Virus record (IMG/VR): IMGVR_UViG_3300027896_000014
Coordinates: 1 to 64,000 of that record
DNA: 64,000 nt
DNA from: a virus
Direction: 5' to 3' (one strand)
This document shows positions 29,971 through 40,000 of the stretch, one piece after another. Numbering within the stretch: the stretch's first letter is position 1; the number at the start of each line of letters is the position of its first letter. The position numbers were made by a program, and so were the translations under genes. The notes under the pieces were generated by a model, which made no database searches, was not told the DNA's origin, and saw nothing but the letters and a program-made list of their open reading frames with translations.

Positions 29971-31026
29971 ATGGCAAAAGAAAAGGAAAAAGTTGACGAG
30001 GTGAAGTTACCCGTAGAGGAAGAAGGCGAGAAGCCCCCCGAGGGATATACCGCAGAGGAATGGAACGACCTCTCGGACACAGAAAAAGAAGGTGTCCTTA
30101 TTGGCATTAAGGAACCCGACGAAGAAGAACCAGAAGAAATAGACGATGACACCCTGAAGGCGATCGCTGGCGAAGAAGAAAAGCCACCGGAGGAGAAACC
30201 ACCGAAGGAGAAGCTGGCAGAAGAAAAGAAACCCGTAGAGGGAAAACCCCCAGAGGAGAAGCCGCCTGAAGAGAAACCACCGGAGGAAAAGCCACCGGAG
30301 GAGAAACCTCCGGAAGAGAAGGTGGAGGCTCCCGTACGGACATCCGATGAAGAGCTATTGGGTTTCAGGGCATTTGTTGCGGATAGCGAAGTTACCGTGA
30401 ACGAATCGGTTTCCGACGAGGTTCAAAAGAAACTCGATGACCTCACAACTAAATTTGATGCTGGCGACATTGAACGTGCTCAATATGAGAGGGAAAGAGA
30501 CGCACTCAATCGACAGATTATGTACGACACCGAAAGAGATCGGGAACGGGCCAAGGGTGACAAGGTTTGGGAAAAGGAGACCAGGCACTTTTTGGATAAC
30601 CGACCCGAATACCTTGGAGACCTTGGGGAAGATGGCAAGTTTCATACCAATGCGAGGAGTAGAAGTCTTTATGGTGCTCTGGCAGAAACGATAAAAGCAA
30701 TTGGAGCCGATCCCAAGTATGCCAGCGGCACGGGGATGCAACTCCTTATCGCTGCGGATAAGGAGGTTAGACAAGCCTTCGGTATTGTCGAAAAACCCAA
30801 AGAAAAGGGAAAGGAAGTTGTCAAGGAAAAGGTGAAGGAAGAGGGAAAACCGCCTGCACCGCTCCCAGACCATCAGACGCTTAGTGATGTTCCAAATGCT
30901 GCACCCAATACTACGGAAGGTGCATGGGGTCAGTTGGACAAACTTCGTGGCGAAGACTATGAGGAAGCCCTTGAGAGACTGACTCCAAAACAACGAGAAG
31001 CCTATCTTGATAATCTGAGGCGATGA
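29971..31026 (+). CDS. Capsid scaffolding protein
   Basis: Acidic, EEKPP repeats, TLSDVP.A motif, position upstream of capsid gene. Confidence 0.75.
   Translation: MAKEKEKVDEVKLPVEEEGEKPPEGYTAEEWNDLSDTEKEGVLIGIKEPDEEEPEEIDDDTLKAIAGEEEKPPEEKPPKEKLAEEKKPVEGKPPEEKPPEEKPPEEKPPEEKPPEEKVEAPVRTSDEELLGFRAFVADSEVTVNESVSDEVQKKLDDLTTKFDAGDIERAQYERERDALNRQIMYDTERDRERAKGDKVWEKETRHFLDNRPEYLGDLGEDGKFHTNARSRSLYGALAETIKAIGADPKYASGTGMQLLIAADKEVRQAFGIVEKPKEKGKEVVKEKVKEEGKPPAPLPDHQTLSDVPNAAPNTTEGAWGQLDKLRGEDYEEALERLTPKQREAYLDNLRR
30175..30320 (+). repeat. Imperfect 15-bp tandem repeat encoding EEKPP
   Basis: GAGGAGAAACCACCG-like units. Confidence 0.85.
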
Positions 31027-31027
31027 T

Positions 31028-31258
31028 ATGTCACAGGGACTGATAAAACTTTGTAACCAAAACGATGAGATTGTCTTCGACCTTCGAGGTAAGGCACCAA
31101 ATGCTAACGAAATCTCTGTGACCCCTATTGAGAAGGCGGGAAGACAGTGGGTCTTAAAAATCTGGTGTGATCCCTCTATTAAAATCAGACAGTTCAGGAA
31201 TGTGTCTCTTGGAGGGACAGAAAGGAGAGAGTTAACACCTAAAAGTAAAATTCCATAA
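31028..31258 (+). CDS. CsrA-like small protein
   Basis: EISVTPIEKAGRQWVLKIWCDPSIKI resembles the CsrA strand pattern; directly before the capsid gene. Confidence 0.45.
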   Translation: MSQGLIKLCNQNDEIVFDLRGKAPNANEISVTPIEKAGRQWVLKIWCDPSIKIRQFRNVSLGGTERRELTPKSKIP

Positions 31259-31318
31259 ACGATCTTAACAACGATCGGCTTACGACGGCCAAAAAAATTC
31301 TAAAGAAGGAGGTACATC

Positions 31319-32446
31319 ATGGGACAGACAATCATTGGTCTGAATGATGCCAAGGCCGTCAAAAGGTACAGCGGGAACCTGGCGGTCGACGTTGGCAGAA
31401 AGGGTTACTGGACCCGCAAATTCATGGGCAAGGGAGAAGTTCCCACACGTCCGCTCTGGCAGTTGACAGATTTAGAGGCAGATGCAGGTGAGCAGATCAC
31501 CTACGATCTTTCCATGCAACTTAACATGCAGCCCGTGGAAGGCGACACAGAACTCCACGGCAAAGAGGAAGCTCTCCAGTTTTACACCGACAATGTTTAT
31601 ATCGACCAGATGCGCGGTGGTGTGGATGCTGGGGGCAGGATGACCCGCAAACGTACTCTTCATGACCTTCGGAAGATTGCGAAGGCCAGGGAGACCGATT
31701 GGTGGGCCAGGGTATTTGACGAGATTATTTTTATGTACCTCTCGGGTGTTCGTGGGACAAACACCGAGTTTGTCTTTCCGACGAGTTACAGTGGCTTCGC
31801 CAATAACTCACTTACGACACCCGACATCAACCACATCGTAGGCGGCGGGCTTTGCACGGCATCACAGGCGATGGCAGCAACCGATACGATGACCACATTA
31901 CCCATTGATAGAGCGGTGGCCTATGCGGAGATGATGGGTGGTGGTGGACCGGCCTATTCGGAAGTGCCGCAGATTCAGAAATGCGAGGTTGATGGGGAGG
32001 AAATGTTCCTGCTGGTGATGGACCCCAACCAGGCCTTTAACCTTCGCCGCAACACGACATCGATGGATTGGGCGGATATTCAGAAGGCAATCGCCACAGC
32101 AGTAGGCAGAGATACCCCATTTCTCAAGGGTGGCCTTGGGATGTGGAATGGTGTGGTCCTTCACAAGCACCAGAACTGCATCCGATTTACCGCTTATAAC
32201 ACCCTCGGTAGCCCAACGGGAGGCGCTATCGCCGCAACAAGGGCAATCTTTTGCGGACTTCAGGCAGGAGCCATGGCCTTCGGGTCGCCAGGACAGGATC
32301 TTCGGTTCGGATGGAACGAAGAAGGAAGGGACAACAATAACCGGGTAGTCATTTCATCGCATACCATTTGGGGGTTCAAGAAAGTGACCTTCAATGGAAA
32401 CGACTTCGGTGTGATAGCTATCGACACTGCGGCAGTTAAGCCATAA
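31319..32446 (+). CDS. Major capsid protein, N4-gp56/DUF4043 family
   Basis: DLEADAGEQITYDL, VEGD..L.GKEE.L, IDQMR..V, GxLGMWNGVVLH. Confidence 0.9.
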   Translation: MGQTIIGLNDAKAVKRYSGNLAVDVGRKGYWTRKFMGKGEVPTRPLWQLTDLEADAGEQITYDLSMQLNMQPVEGDTELHGKEEALQFYTDNVYIDQMRGGVDAGGRMTRKRTLHDLRKIAKARETDWWARVFDEIIFMYLSGVRGTNTEFVFPTSYSGFANNSLTTPDINHIVGGGLCTASQAMAATDTMTTLPIDRAVAYAEMMGGGGPAYSEVPQIQKCEVDGEEMFLLVMDPNQAFNLRRNTTSMDWADIQKAIATAVGRDTPFLKGGLGMWNGVVLHKHQNCIRFTAYNTLGSPTGGAIAATRAIFCGLQAGAMAFGSPGQDLRFGWNEEGRDNNNRVVISSHTIWGFKKVTFNGNDFGVIAIDTAAVKP

Positions 32447-32475
32447 GAAACTAAAAAGAAAGGAGGTAAAGCAAA

Positions 32476-33611
32476 ATGGCAAAAACACTTCAAATAGCAC
32501 CTGACCTTTATTCCAGACCACCTAAGACTGCGATTCCGGGGGCTCGGTGGGATTTTCGATCAATTGCCGTGACAGCGGCGCAGGTTGTAGTGACTGTTGC
32601 CAACAACGCTATCATTGCTTTAGGGATCCTCCCTATCGGACATAGACTGTCAAGTTTTTTCGTAGAAACGGACGCTCTCGATAGTGGGACCCCAACCATC
32701 GTTTTTGATATTGGGATTGTCAACAGTTATTACGGCCAGCCTGCGGCAAGTGCAACAACTCCTGGATTTGATACTGGAACGGCTCCGGCGTTGGTTTCCA
32801 GTAGTGTTGTATTACCCGACAGAACCATCGTATACGGGAATATCCTCACTGGGGCGGTTATTGCCAAAACGGGGGGAAGGGTAGACACCCTTGCATTGGC
32901 GGCTTCCATGAATAAAGTAAACGTGGATAACTACCACGACAGGATTATCGCCATCAATATTACAACCGTAGCTTCAGCGGGCGCCCAAGCCGGAAATATG
33001 GGGATCGGGTACGGCATCGACATCGATTGATGCTTTTAGAAAACGACTGAATGGGACTACCACAGAAAGGTAGTCCCATAACTTCACGATAAAGGAGAAA
33101 TACGATGATTATCGAATGCCTCACGAAAAGAGTAGGTATTACTATGGTTGAAATAGGCAAGGTAAAGTATCTCTTTCAGCCCCCCCAAGGAGCCAAAAAG
33201 GGAGAGTTTACCACGTCCATCGCCGAGGTAACGGCAGAGGAGCACGTGAACTACCTTCTCAACCACACGAGAGGAAACTTTAGGGAATACGACCCAGAGC
33301 GGACACTGAATGAAATGACAGAGGCGAGGAAACAAATGAATATTTTCCTTGGTTTCAGCATACCCAAGTACAAGCATGGTGGAACGGAAGGTTATGTTGT
33401 GATGGATTTTAGAAAGCCGAATAAACCTCGCTATGCTGGCATGGACGGAAACTGGGTTGAAAAATGGGAAGGGATGACCCCGTTTCTCCATGAAATAGAG
33501 GCTTGGGAATGGTTGAAGGAAGAGGCACCGCTACTGGCTATGGAGGAGCGGGAAAGTCCTCCAAAACCACCCGATATCCCTGTTCAGCGGGTTCTGAAAG
33601 AACCGAAATAG
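32476..33611 (+). CDS. Capsid cement/decoration-like protein (32476-33030) and hypothetical protein (33105-33611)
   Basis: Position after capsid gene; LGILPIG...DALDSG motif. Confidence 0.65.
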
Positions 33612-33624
33612 GAAGAGTTCGTAA

Positions 33625-34602
33625 ATGACCGATTCTCCATACACCATGATGGGTCTGGTTAATGATGTGATCCCAAGGGTTGGAAACTTACCAAAAAGCC
33701 AAGGGATCACCATCTTTGGTGCGGCCAATTCCATCCAGTCGCTTCTTTTTAAGAAACTTCTTGATCGAAAATCAGACCTTGTTGCATCGGGAAACCTTGC
33801 CCTTAATATCGCAGCGATGGGTTATACGGCCACACTTCCCTTGGATTTCTATTCTCTCGCAGAAAAGCCACGCTCGCAGGATCTTCTAACCGATTGGATG
33901 GCCGGGACAGTCGTTTCCTATAACAATGTGACGGGAGCCCTTGTGGTCAACGTAACTCAGGCCAGCGGTTCAGATACCCTTAGTTCATGGAATATCGCAT
34001 TGGCAGCGACACCCGGGAACCCCTCTCAAGTCGTCGGCAGTTCTTCTCAGTCCTTAACTGTGGCTATAGGTCAGATATCTTTCGTTGCTTCGCCAAACAT
34101 GGGGCTTACGGTCGGCCAGTATATCTACATTCTCCCGACAAGTTTGCCCGCCATAAATGTCGATCTGTCACCGCTTACTCACCTCCTGGAGCCTTCTTAT
34201 CTTGATGATGACAACGAACCCTATCACGACGCAACTTGGTGGGAATGGTACGGCATTTATGGAAACACTGTGGAGCCACCCTGTATCCGGCCAAGAAGAT
34301 ATAAAATCATTGGAACCACAATGTACGTCCGTCCCATAGTCATCGTAAATGTTCTTATTACGGGAAAGTATTTTCAGAAGGTCTCAACCCTTGCCCAGCC
34401 TACGGACGTTATTCCATGGAACGGTTTCTTTGATGAGATTTTCCGGGAAGGCGTGGTCAGAATCATACAGAAGGGGATAGCGATCCCCTCGGCAGATACG
34501 GACTTTATGATTTTTTTGTACAGGGAATTTGATAGCGTCCAAAACAGTAGGGTTCATCTTATTCCAAGGGAAGGTCGCATGAAGCGGTCCACGTGGATGT
34601 AG
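33625..34602 (+). CDS. Head-tail adaptor-like protein with inserted beta domain
   Basis: YTATLP.DF, P.RY.IIG..MYVRP adaptor-like motifs. Confidence 0.55.
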   Translation: MTDSPYTMMGLVNDVIPRVGNLPKSQGITIFGAANSIQSLLFKKLLDRKSDLVASGNLALNIAAMGYTATLPLDFYSLAEKPRSQDLLTDWMAGTVVSYNNVTGALVVNVTQASGSDTLSSWNIALAATPGNPSQVVGSSSQSLTVAIGQISFVASPNMGLTVGQYIYILPTSLPAINVDLSPLTHLLEPSYLDDDNEPYHDATWWEWYGIYGNTVEPPCIRPRRYKIIGTTMYVRPIVIVNVLITGKYFQKVSTLAQPTDVIPWNGFFDEIFREGVVRIIQKGIAIPSADTDFMIFLYREFDSVQNSRVHLIPREGRMKRSTWM

Positions 34603-34635
34603 GTTTGGATAAGATGACAGCTAAAGAGGAACATT

Positions 34636-35475
34636 ATGTCTTGGCAACAGACTCGTTCAGGGGCAGTTTACAATTCTATAATACAGATTTCATGGTTGCC
34701 TGCTCCCGCACCACAACAGAAGGGGCAGTTACCTCCTTCTTTGGTCGTATCGCCGGTTAGCCCTCCGGCATGGGTAATAATCGACGGAGGAACCGCCGCT
34801 GGCTTGCCACCGCAACCGGCTGTCTCTACAGTCACGTCAGACATAGTCACCTTGGCTTGGTATCAGCTACAGGATATCACAGGCATTAGATGGGACTATA
34901 TAAAACTCCTGCGTTACCTCAATCTTGGAATTCTTGAAATACTAAATCTAAAGCCAGAGGCTTACCCATCAACGGTGAATATCGTCTTGGTTCCTGGACC
35001 AGCTCAATTTTTACCCTCTGGGGCTATTGCGCTAATTGATGCGGGTTACAATCTTCTTTCAGGCGGAATCATAGGGAATGCGATTACAACCATAAAAAAA
35101 GAGATACTTGACGATCTTCTGCCTGGATGGACAACGTTTCCAGTAAACATCACCGTGATGTATGTTGTTTACGATCTCAGAAATCCTAAAGTATTTTATG
35201 TCTTTCCACCGCAACCACCGTCTCCTCCGGGGCCTGCCTCAATAAGTGCAATTCTTACAATGCCACCAGCCAAGTTACAAAGCATGGGCGATGTTTTCCC
35301 GCTCGATGATTCATATAAACCGGCTTGCTTGGACTACCTGATATTCAGAGCTCTCGCCGAGGAAACGACAATACCTAATAGTCTCACCAAAGCAAATGCG
35401 TTTTTTCAGAAGTTCTTACAGGATTTAGGATTAAAGTCAAATGTGGAGAAGTCGACGGAGGCCGAAGGAAGATAA
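34636..35475 (+). CDS. DUF6682-like adaptor/tail tubular protein A
   Basis: LQD..GIRW...LLRYLN, KPEA, FYVFPP, Y.PA.LDYLIFRAL. Confidence 0.7.
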   Translation: MSWQQTRSGAVYNSIIQISWLPAPAPQQKGQLPPSLVVSPVSPPAWVIIDGGTAAGLPPQPAVSTVTSDIVTLAWYQLQDITGIRWDYIKLLRYLNLGILEILNLKPEAYPSTVNIVLVPGPAQFLPSGAIALIDAGYNLLSGGIIGNAITTIKKEILDDLLPGWTTFPVNITVMYVVYDLRNPKVFYVFPPQPPSPPGPASISAILTMPPAKLQSMGDVFPLDDSYKPACLDYLIFRALAEETTIPNSLTKANAFFQKFLQDLGLKSNVEKSTEAEGR

Positions 35476-37026
35476 ATGCTTTTAGAGATTTCAAAGTTTG
35501 GGGGTGTTGCTCCGAAGGTGCTTGATCCAGTCGCCTTGGCAGTGGGCAAATCACAGGCAGCCCAAAATTGTAGGTTCGACGAGGGCGGGATAGTGCCCTA
35601 CCAAACCGACTCATTCATCGAAACGCCTCCTGGTCGAAGTCCATCAATTTTATCCCTTTATACCTACTGGATTGGAAATAGAATGTACTTTCTGACTTGG
35701 GCAAGTGATGTGGATGCCGTGGAAGCTCCACTACCAAACGATATGTATAATAGGGTTTTTTATACGGAAAGCGGAATACTAAAAGTTACCGATCAAAACA
35801 TTTTCATGCAGGGTGGAACGAATTACCCTATGGCCTGGGTAAACCCATCTCCTCCCGCTCCAGTCAACACACCGATAATTTCCGCAGTGATAGCGGGAAC
35901 CAACCCAGCCCTGATGCAGACAAGAGGTTATGTCTATACCTTAGTCAATGCCTACGGAGAGGAAGGTCCACCCTCTCCCGTTTCGAACCTTTTTAATATT
36001 TATGACGGGAATCCTGCCACTTTAAGCGGCATGGATACCTCGGTTGATAGTTCCTACAACATCCAAACAAAAAGGATTTATCGTATCAACCAGACGGCGG
36101 GCAGCGGTGCTCAATACCAATTTCTGACAGAGATCCCGCTTTCTCGGTCTACGTTTTTCGATGTCATCTTAAACTCTGCATTAGGGGAGGTGCTCCCAAG
36201 CGCTGAATGGGATGGGGCACCGTCTGGAATAAAAGGACTTATTGTGCTCCCCAATGGAATGTTGGCCGGTTTTGTCAATACTCCAGCCAATCTTGTTTGT
36301 CTTTCCGTCCCCTATTATCCTCACGCGTGGCCAGCCCGTTACCAGAAGGCGATAGACAGCCCAATTATTGGCCTGGGGTCTTTTGGAACGACAATCGCCG
36401 TTCTTACCGAGGGTCAACCCTACGTCATCGTCGGCAATGATCCAGAGAACTTAGTCATGGAAAAAATGGATACGGGCCTTTCCTGTTTATCAAAAAGAGG
36501 GGTGGCCCATCTTCCCGACGTTATTTACCCCTCCCCCGAAGGGCTTGTGCAGATAGGTCCGCAGGGATGGAATAATTTAACGGAAGACCTAATGAATAAG
36601 GATCAATGGCAATCCAGATATAACCCCGCATCCATAACAGCTTTTGACTATGACGGGAAATATGTAGCATTCTATCAAACCGCTACGAAGCAAGCTGGTT
36701 TTATCTTTGACCCCAAGACCAAAGACCTTGTTGACCTTGATTTTTACGCCACGGCAGGTTTTCGAGACCCCGTTGATGGGACATTGTATCTTGTCGTGGG
36801 TGGCAATATCGTCGCTTTTGCTCGAGGGGGTGGTTTTAATGTAGGAGGTTTTGTTGCAGGTGGAGAAGTTGAAGCAGTAGGCTATTTAAGTATGACAAAC
36901 CTCGGAGTGTTGTCCGCCGATCCCGATACAACTGGTTGGGGATCGGCCCAAGAAGGATGGTGCTGGTATAACGCTACTGATCATCATTACAAATACTGGG
37001 ACGGAACTAAACCCGTTTTGATGTGA
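35476..37026 (+). CDS. Tail tubular B/stabilisation-like protein, N-terminal part
   Basis: F.GVAP, YVYT.VN.YGEEGPPS, KRIYR, LPNG.LAGF, PHAWP, IYPSPEGLV. Confidence 0.75.
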   Translation: MLLEISKFGGVAPKVLDPVALAVGKSQAAQNCRFDEGGIVPYQTDSFIETPPGRSPSILSLYTYWIGNRMYFLTWASDVDAVEAPLPNDMYNRVFYTESGILKVTDQNIFMQGGTNYPMAWVNPSPPAPVNTPIISAVIAGTNPALMQTRGYVYTLVNAYGEEGPPSPVSNLFNIYDGNPATLSGMDTSVDSSYNIQTKRIYRINQTAGSGAQYQFLTEIPLSRSTFFDVILNSALGEVLPSAEWDGAPSGIKGLIVLPNGMLAGFVNTPANLVCLSVPYYPHAWPARYQKAIDSPIIGLGSFGTTIAVLTEGQPYVIVGNDPENLVMEKMDTGLSCLSKRGVAHLPDVIYPSPEGLVQIGPQGWNNLTEDLMNKDQWQSRYNPASITAFDYDGKYVAFYQTATKQAGFIFDPKTKDLVDLDFYATAGFRDPVDGTLYLVVGGNIVAFARGGGFNVGGFVAGGEVEAVGYLSMTNLGVLSADPDTTGWGSAQEGWCWYNATDHHYKYWDGTKPVLM

Positions 37027-40000
37027 GATTTATGAAATTAAAAAATTTAATCATCATTGGATTGATTCTTTTATTCCCCGTATTTTGCCACGCTGCGGCA
37101 ACTGATTATTGGGTCGATAACAATGGTGTTGTTCATTCTTATAGCCTGATTACCAAAGGTTTTCAATTGGGCACCTCAGCCACCGCTGGCTATGTCTTAA
37201 CCACTAATACTTCCGGTGTGGGAACCTGGCAGGCAGGAGGAGGAAGCATTGCTTGGGGTTCAATTACAGGAACTTTATCTAATCAGACTGATCTTCAAAA
37301 TGCTCTTAATGCCAAGGAATCGGCCTTGACTTTTCAATATTCTGTATATCGAAGTGGGAACACAATTAACCTTCTTAACGATTCGGCATCCCCACCTGCC
37401 TCTTACTACTATGGAACGGATTCAGGAGGAACGAGGGGATTCTTTATCCTGCCCTCCACCTCTGGCATGATCTATCCTGGTCCAGGCATAGCTGTGAGCA
37501 CAGGATCAATGTGGGGAACTTCCATTACTGACAACTCAGACCATTGGAACACTGCTTATGGTTGGGGTTATTGGGCACACACTACCCTTGCGGGATATGG
37601 GATCACCGATGCAGCTCCGCTTGCTCACAAGACGACAGAGGACGCCATAAATGGCTTAGTCTTTGTCAATGGAGCGGGAACCTACTCTGCTAAGGTCATA
37701 GGCACCGATGTTCAAGCATATAATTCCTCCTTAGCCGCCATTGCCGGAGGGACTTGGATTGGTGCAAATTCGATTACCACATTGGGGACAATTGGCACAG
37801 GGGTTTGGCAAGGGACGGCAATAGGAGATACCTACATCTCTTCGGCAAACAACTGGACTACAGCCTATACAGGGAGGGTAACCACATGGAATTCTCCTTT
37901 ACAATTCTCCTCGAATACCGCCTCGATTTTACAGGCCAGCACTACGGTATCTGGCTACCTTTTATCAACTGATTGGAATACCTTCAATACTAAGGAACCT
38001 GCCATATCTGCCGGAGCAACTTCCCAATATTGGAGAGGGGACAAATCTTGGCAGACTCTAAATCAAGCTGCTGTGGCTGGGCTAACTACTTCAGACAGTC
38101 CTACATTCACAGGATTAACTCTTTCTGGAGTAACTTCAACCGGAGCCTCAATTAAACTACAGGAAGGCCCAACTTCTGGAAACACATTCATAGCTCACAA
38201 GGCTCCCAATACCATTACAACCAGTGTGACATACACATGGCCTGAACTGGGAACGACGGGTTACTTTCTAAAACTTAATGATTCAGGTGGGACTCTGGTT
38301 TGGGCTGCTGCTTCTGGTGGTGGTATGACCGATCCCATGACTACTATTGGGGATATGATTTACCGGAATTCTTCCAATATCACTGATCGACGAGCTATTG
38401 GCACTACGGGTCAAATATTAACGGTTTCTGGCGGATTACCCGTTTGGGCTACCCCCGCTACTGGTTTAACCGTTGGAGGTTCTGATAAGGATGTCCAGGT
38501 TAATGCAAGCGGCACCTTTGGAGCAGATACAGGAGTTTTTACTTATGATTATACAAATCATATGCTAAGTGTCTTGGGTTCCTATGCAGGAAGCAAGTTA
38601 TCATTAACTCTACGGAATACATCCACTGGGACAACTTCATATAATCAAATGAGTTTAGGTAATGACATAGCATCAGATAGGTTTTATATAAGACTGCTCT
38701 CCTCATATTTCTCTGGTTTAAGTGAATATTCCTATATTATTAGTAAGGCCAGTGCTCCGATGATTCTTGGAGTGAATGGTTCTGAGGTGATGAGACTTAC
38801 AGGGACTTACGTAAATATAGCTGGTTTAACTGCATCTCAAGTGGTAATGACCGATGCCTCAAAAGATTTAGTATCACAAGCTCCAGCCGCTTTAACTAAA
38901 ACGGATGACACGAATATGACCTTAACGTTGGGGGGAACTCCTGCCACCGCATTACTTCAGGCCGTTTCATTAACTTTGGCTTGGACTGGAACTTTGGCAG
39001 ACGGGAAAATAGCCTCAGCAACCAATTGGAACGCCGCCTATAGCCATAAAACGACTGAGGACGCCCTAAGTGGCCTTGTATTCGTCAGTGGAGGTTCTTA
39101 TTCATCTAAAGTAATCGGGTCAGACGTGCAAGCGTTTAATGCTAACCTTGCCACGATTGCAGGATTGACGCCGGTTCAGAATAAAATTATGGTTGGGAGC
39201 GGCACCCCTGCTTGGTCAGTCTCTTCATTTACGGTTCCAGCTACACCAACGGCAAATAAAGCTCTTATTGGGGATGGCACAAACTTTATTTTAAGTACCC
39301 CTACCGTCCCATTTGCTTCATCTCCCGCAGCGGGAAAAGTAATGATCGGGGATGGAACGAATTGGGTTGCCTCCACCCCGACCTATCCCAACACTTCACC
39401 TGCATCGGGCAAGATTCTGATCGGAGACGGCACAAATTTTATTGCTTCTACTCCTACTTATCCAAACGCATCTTCACCAACGGTAAGGAAAATACTGGTT
39501 TCTGATGGGACGAATTGGGTAGCTTCGACTGAGACCTATGCGGTCCCTGGAACATCTGGGAATGTTATGACATCCAATGGCACAAATTGGATCTCATCAA
39601 CTCCCAGTAGTATGGTCTATCCTGGAGCAGGCATAGCGTTAAGCACGGGGTCTGCATGGGGAACTTCTATCACCGACAACTCAGCCAATTGGAACACAGC
39701 GTATACCAATCGGGTGAGTTCCTGGACTTCTCCCCTCCAATTCTCTTCTAACACTGCTTCAATCCTACAGGCCAGCACCTCGGCAAGTGGATATCTTTCA
39801 TCGACGGACTGGAATACATTTAACAATAAGGAATTTGCCTTAACCTTTCAGTATTCTCTCTACCGAGCAGGGAACACGATAAACCTTTATAACGATTCGG
39901 CATCCCCAGGCAACTCTCAGTATTATGGGACGGATTCGGGAGGAGCGAGAGGGTTTCATACTTTGCCCTCTGGTACTGTCCCAACGGGTACACAAGGAGA

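Noticed and set aside
27254-30320. CRISPR array
   Set aside because: The repeats are degenerate, in-frame coding repeats without unique spacers; no cas genes.
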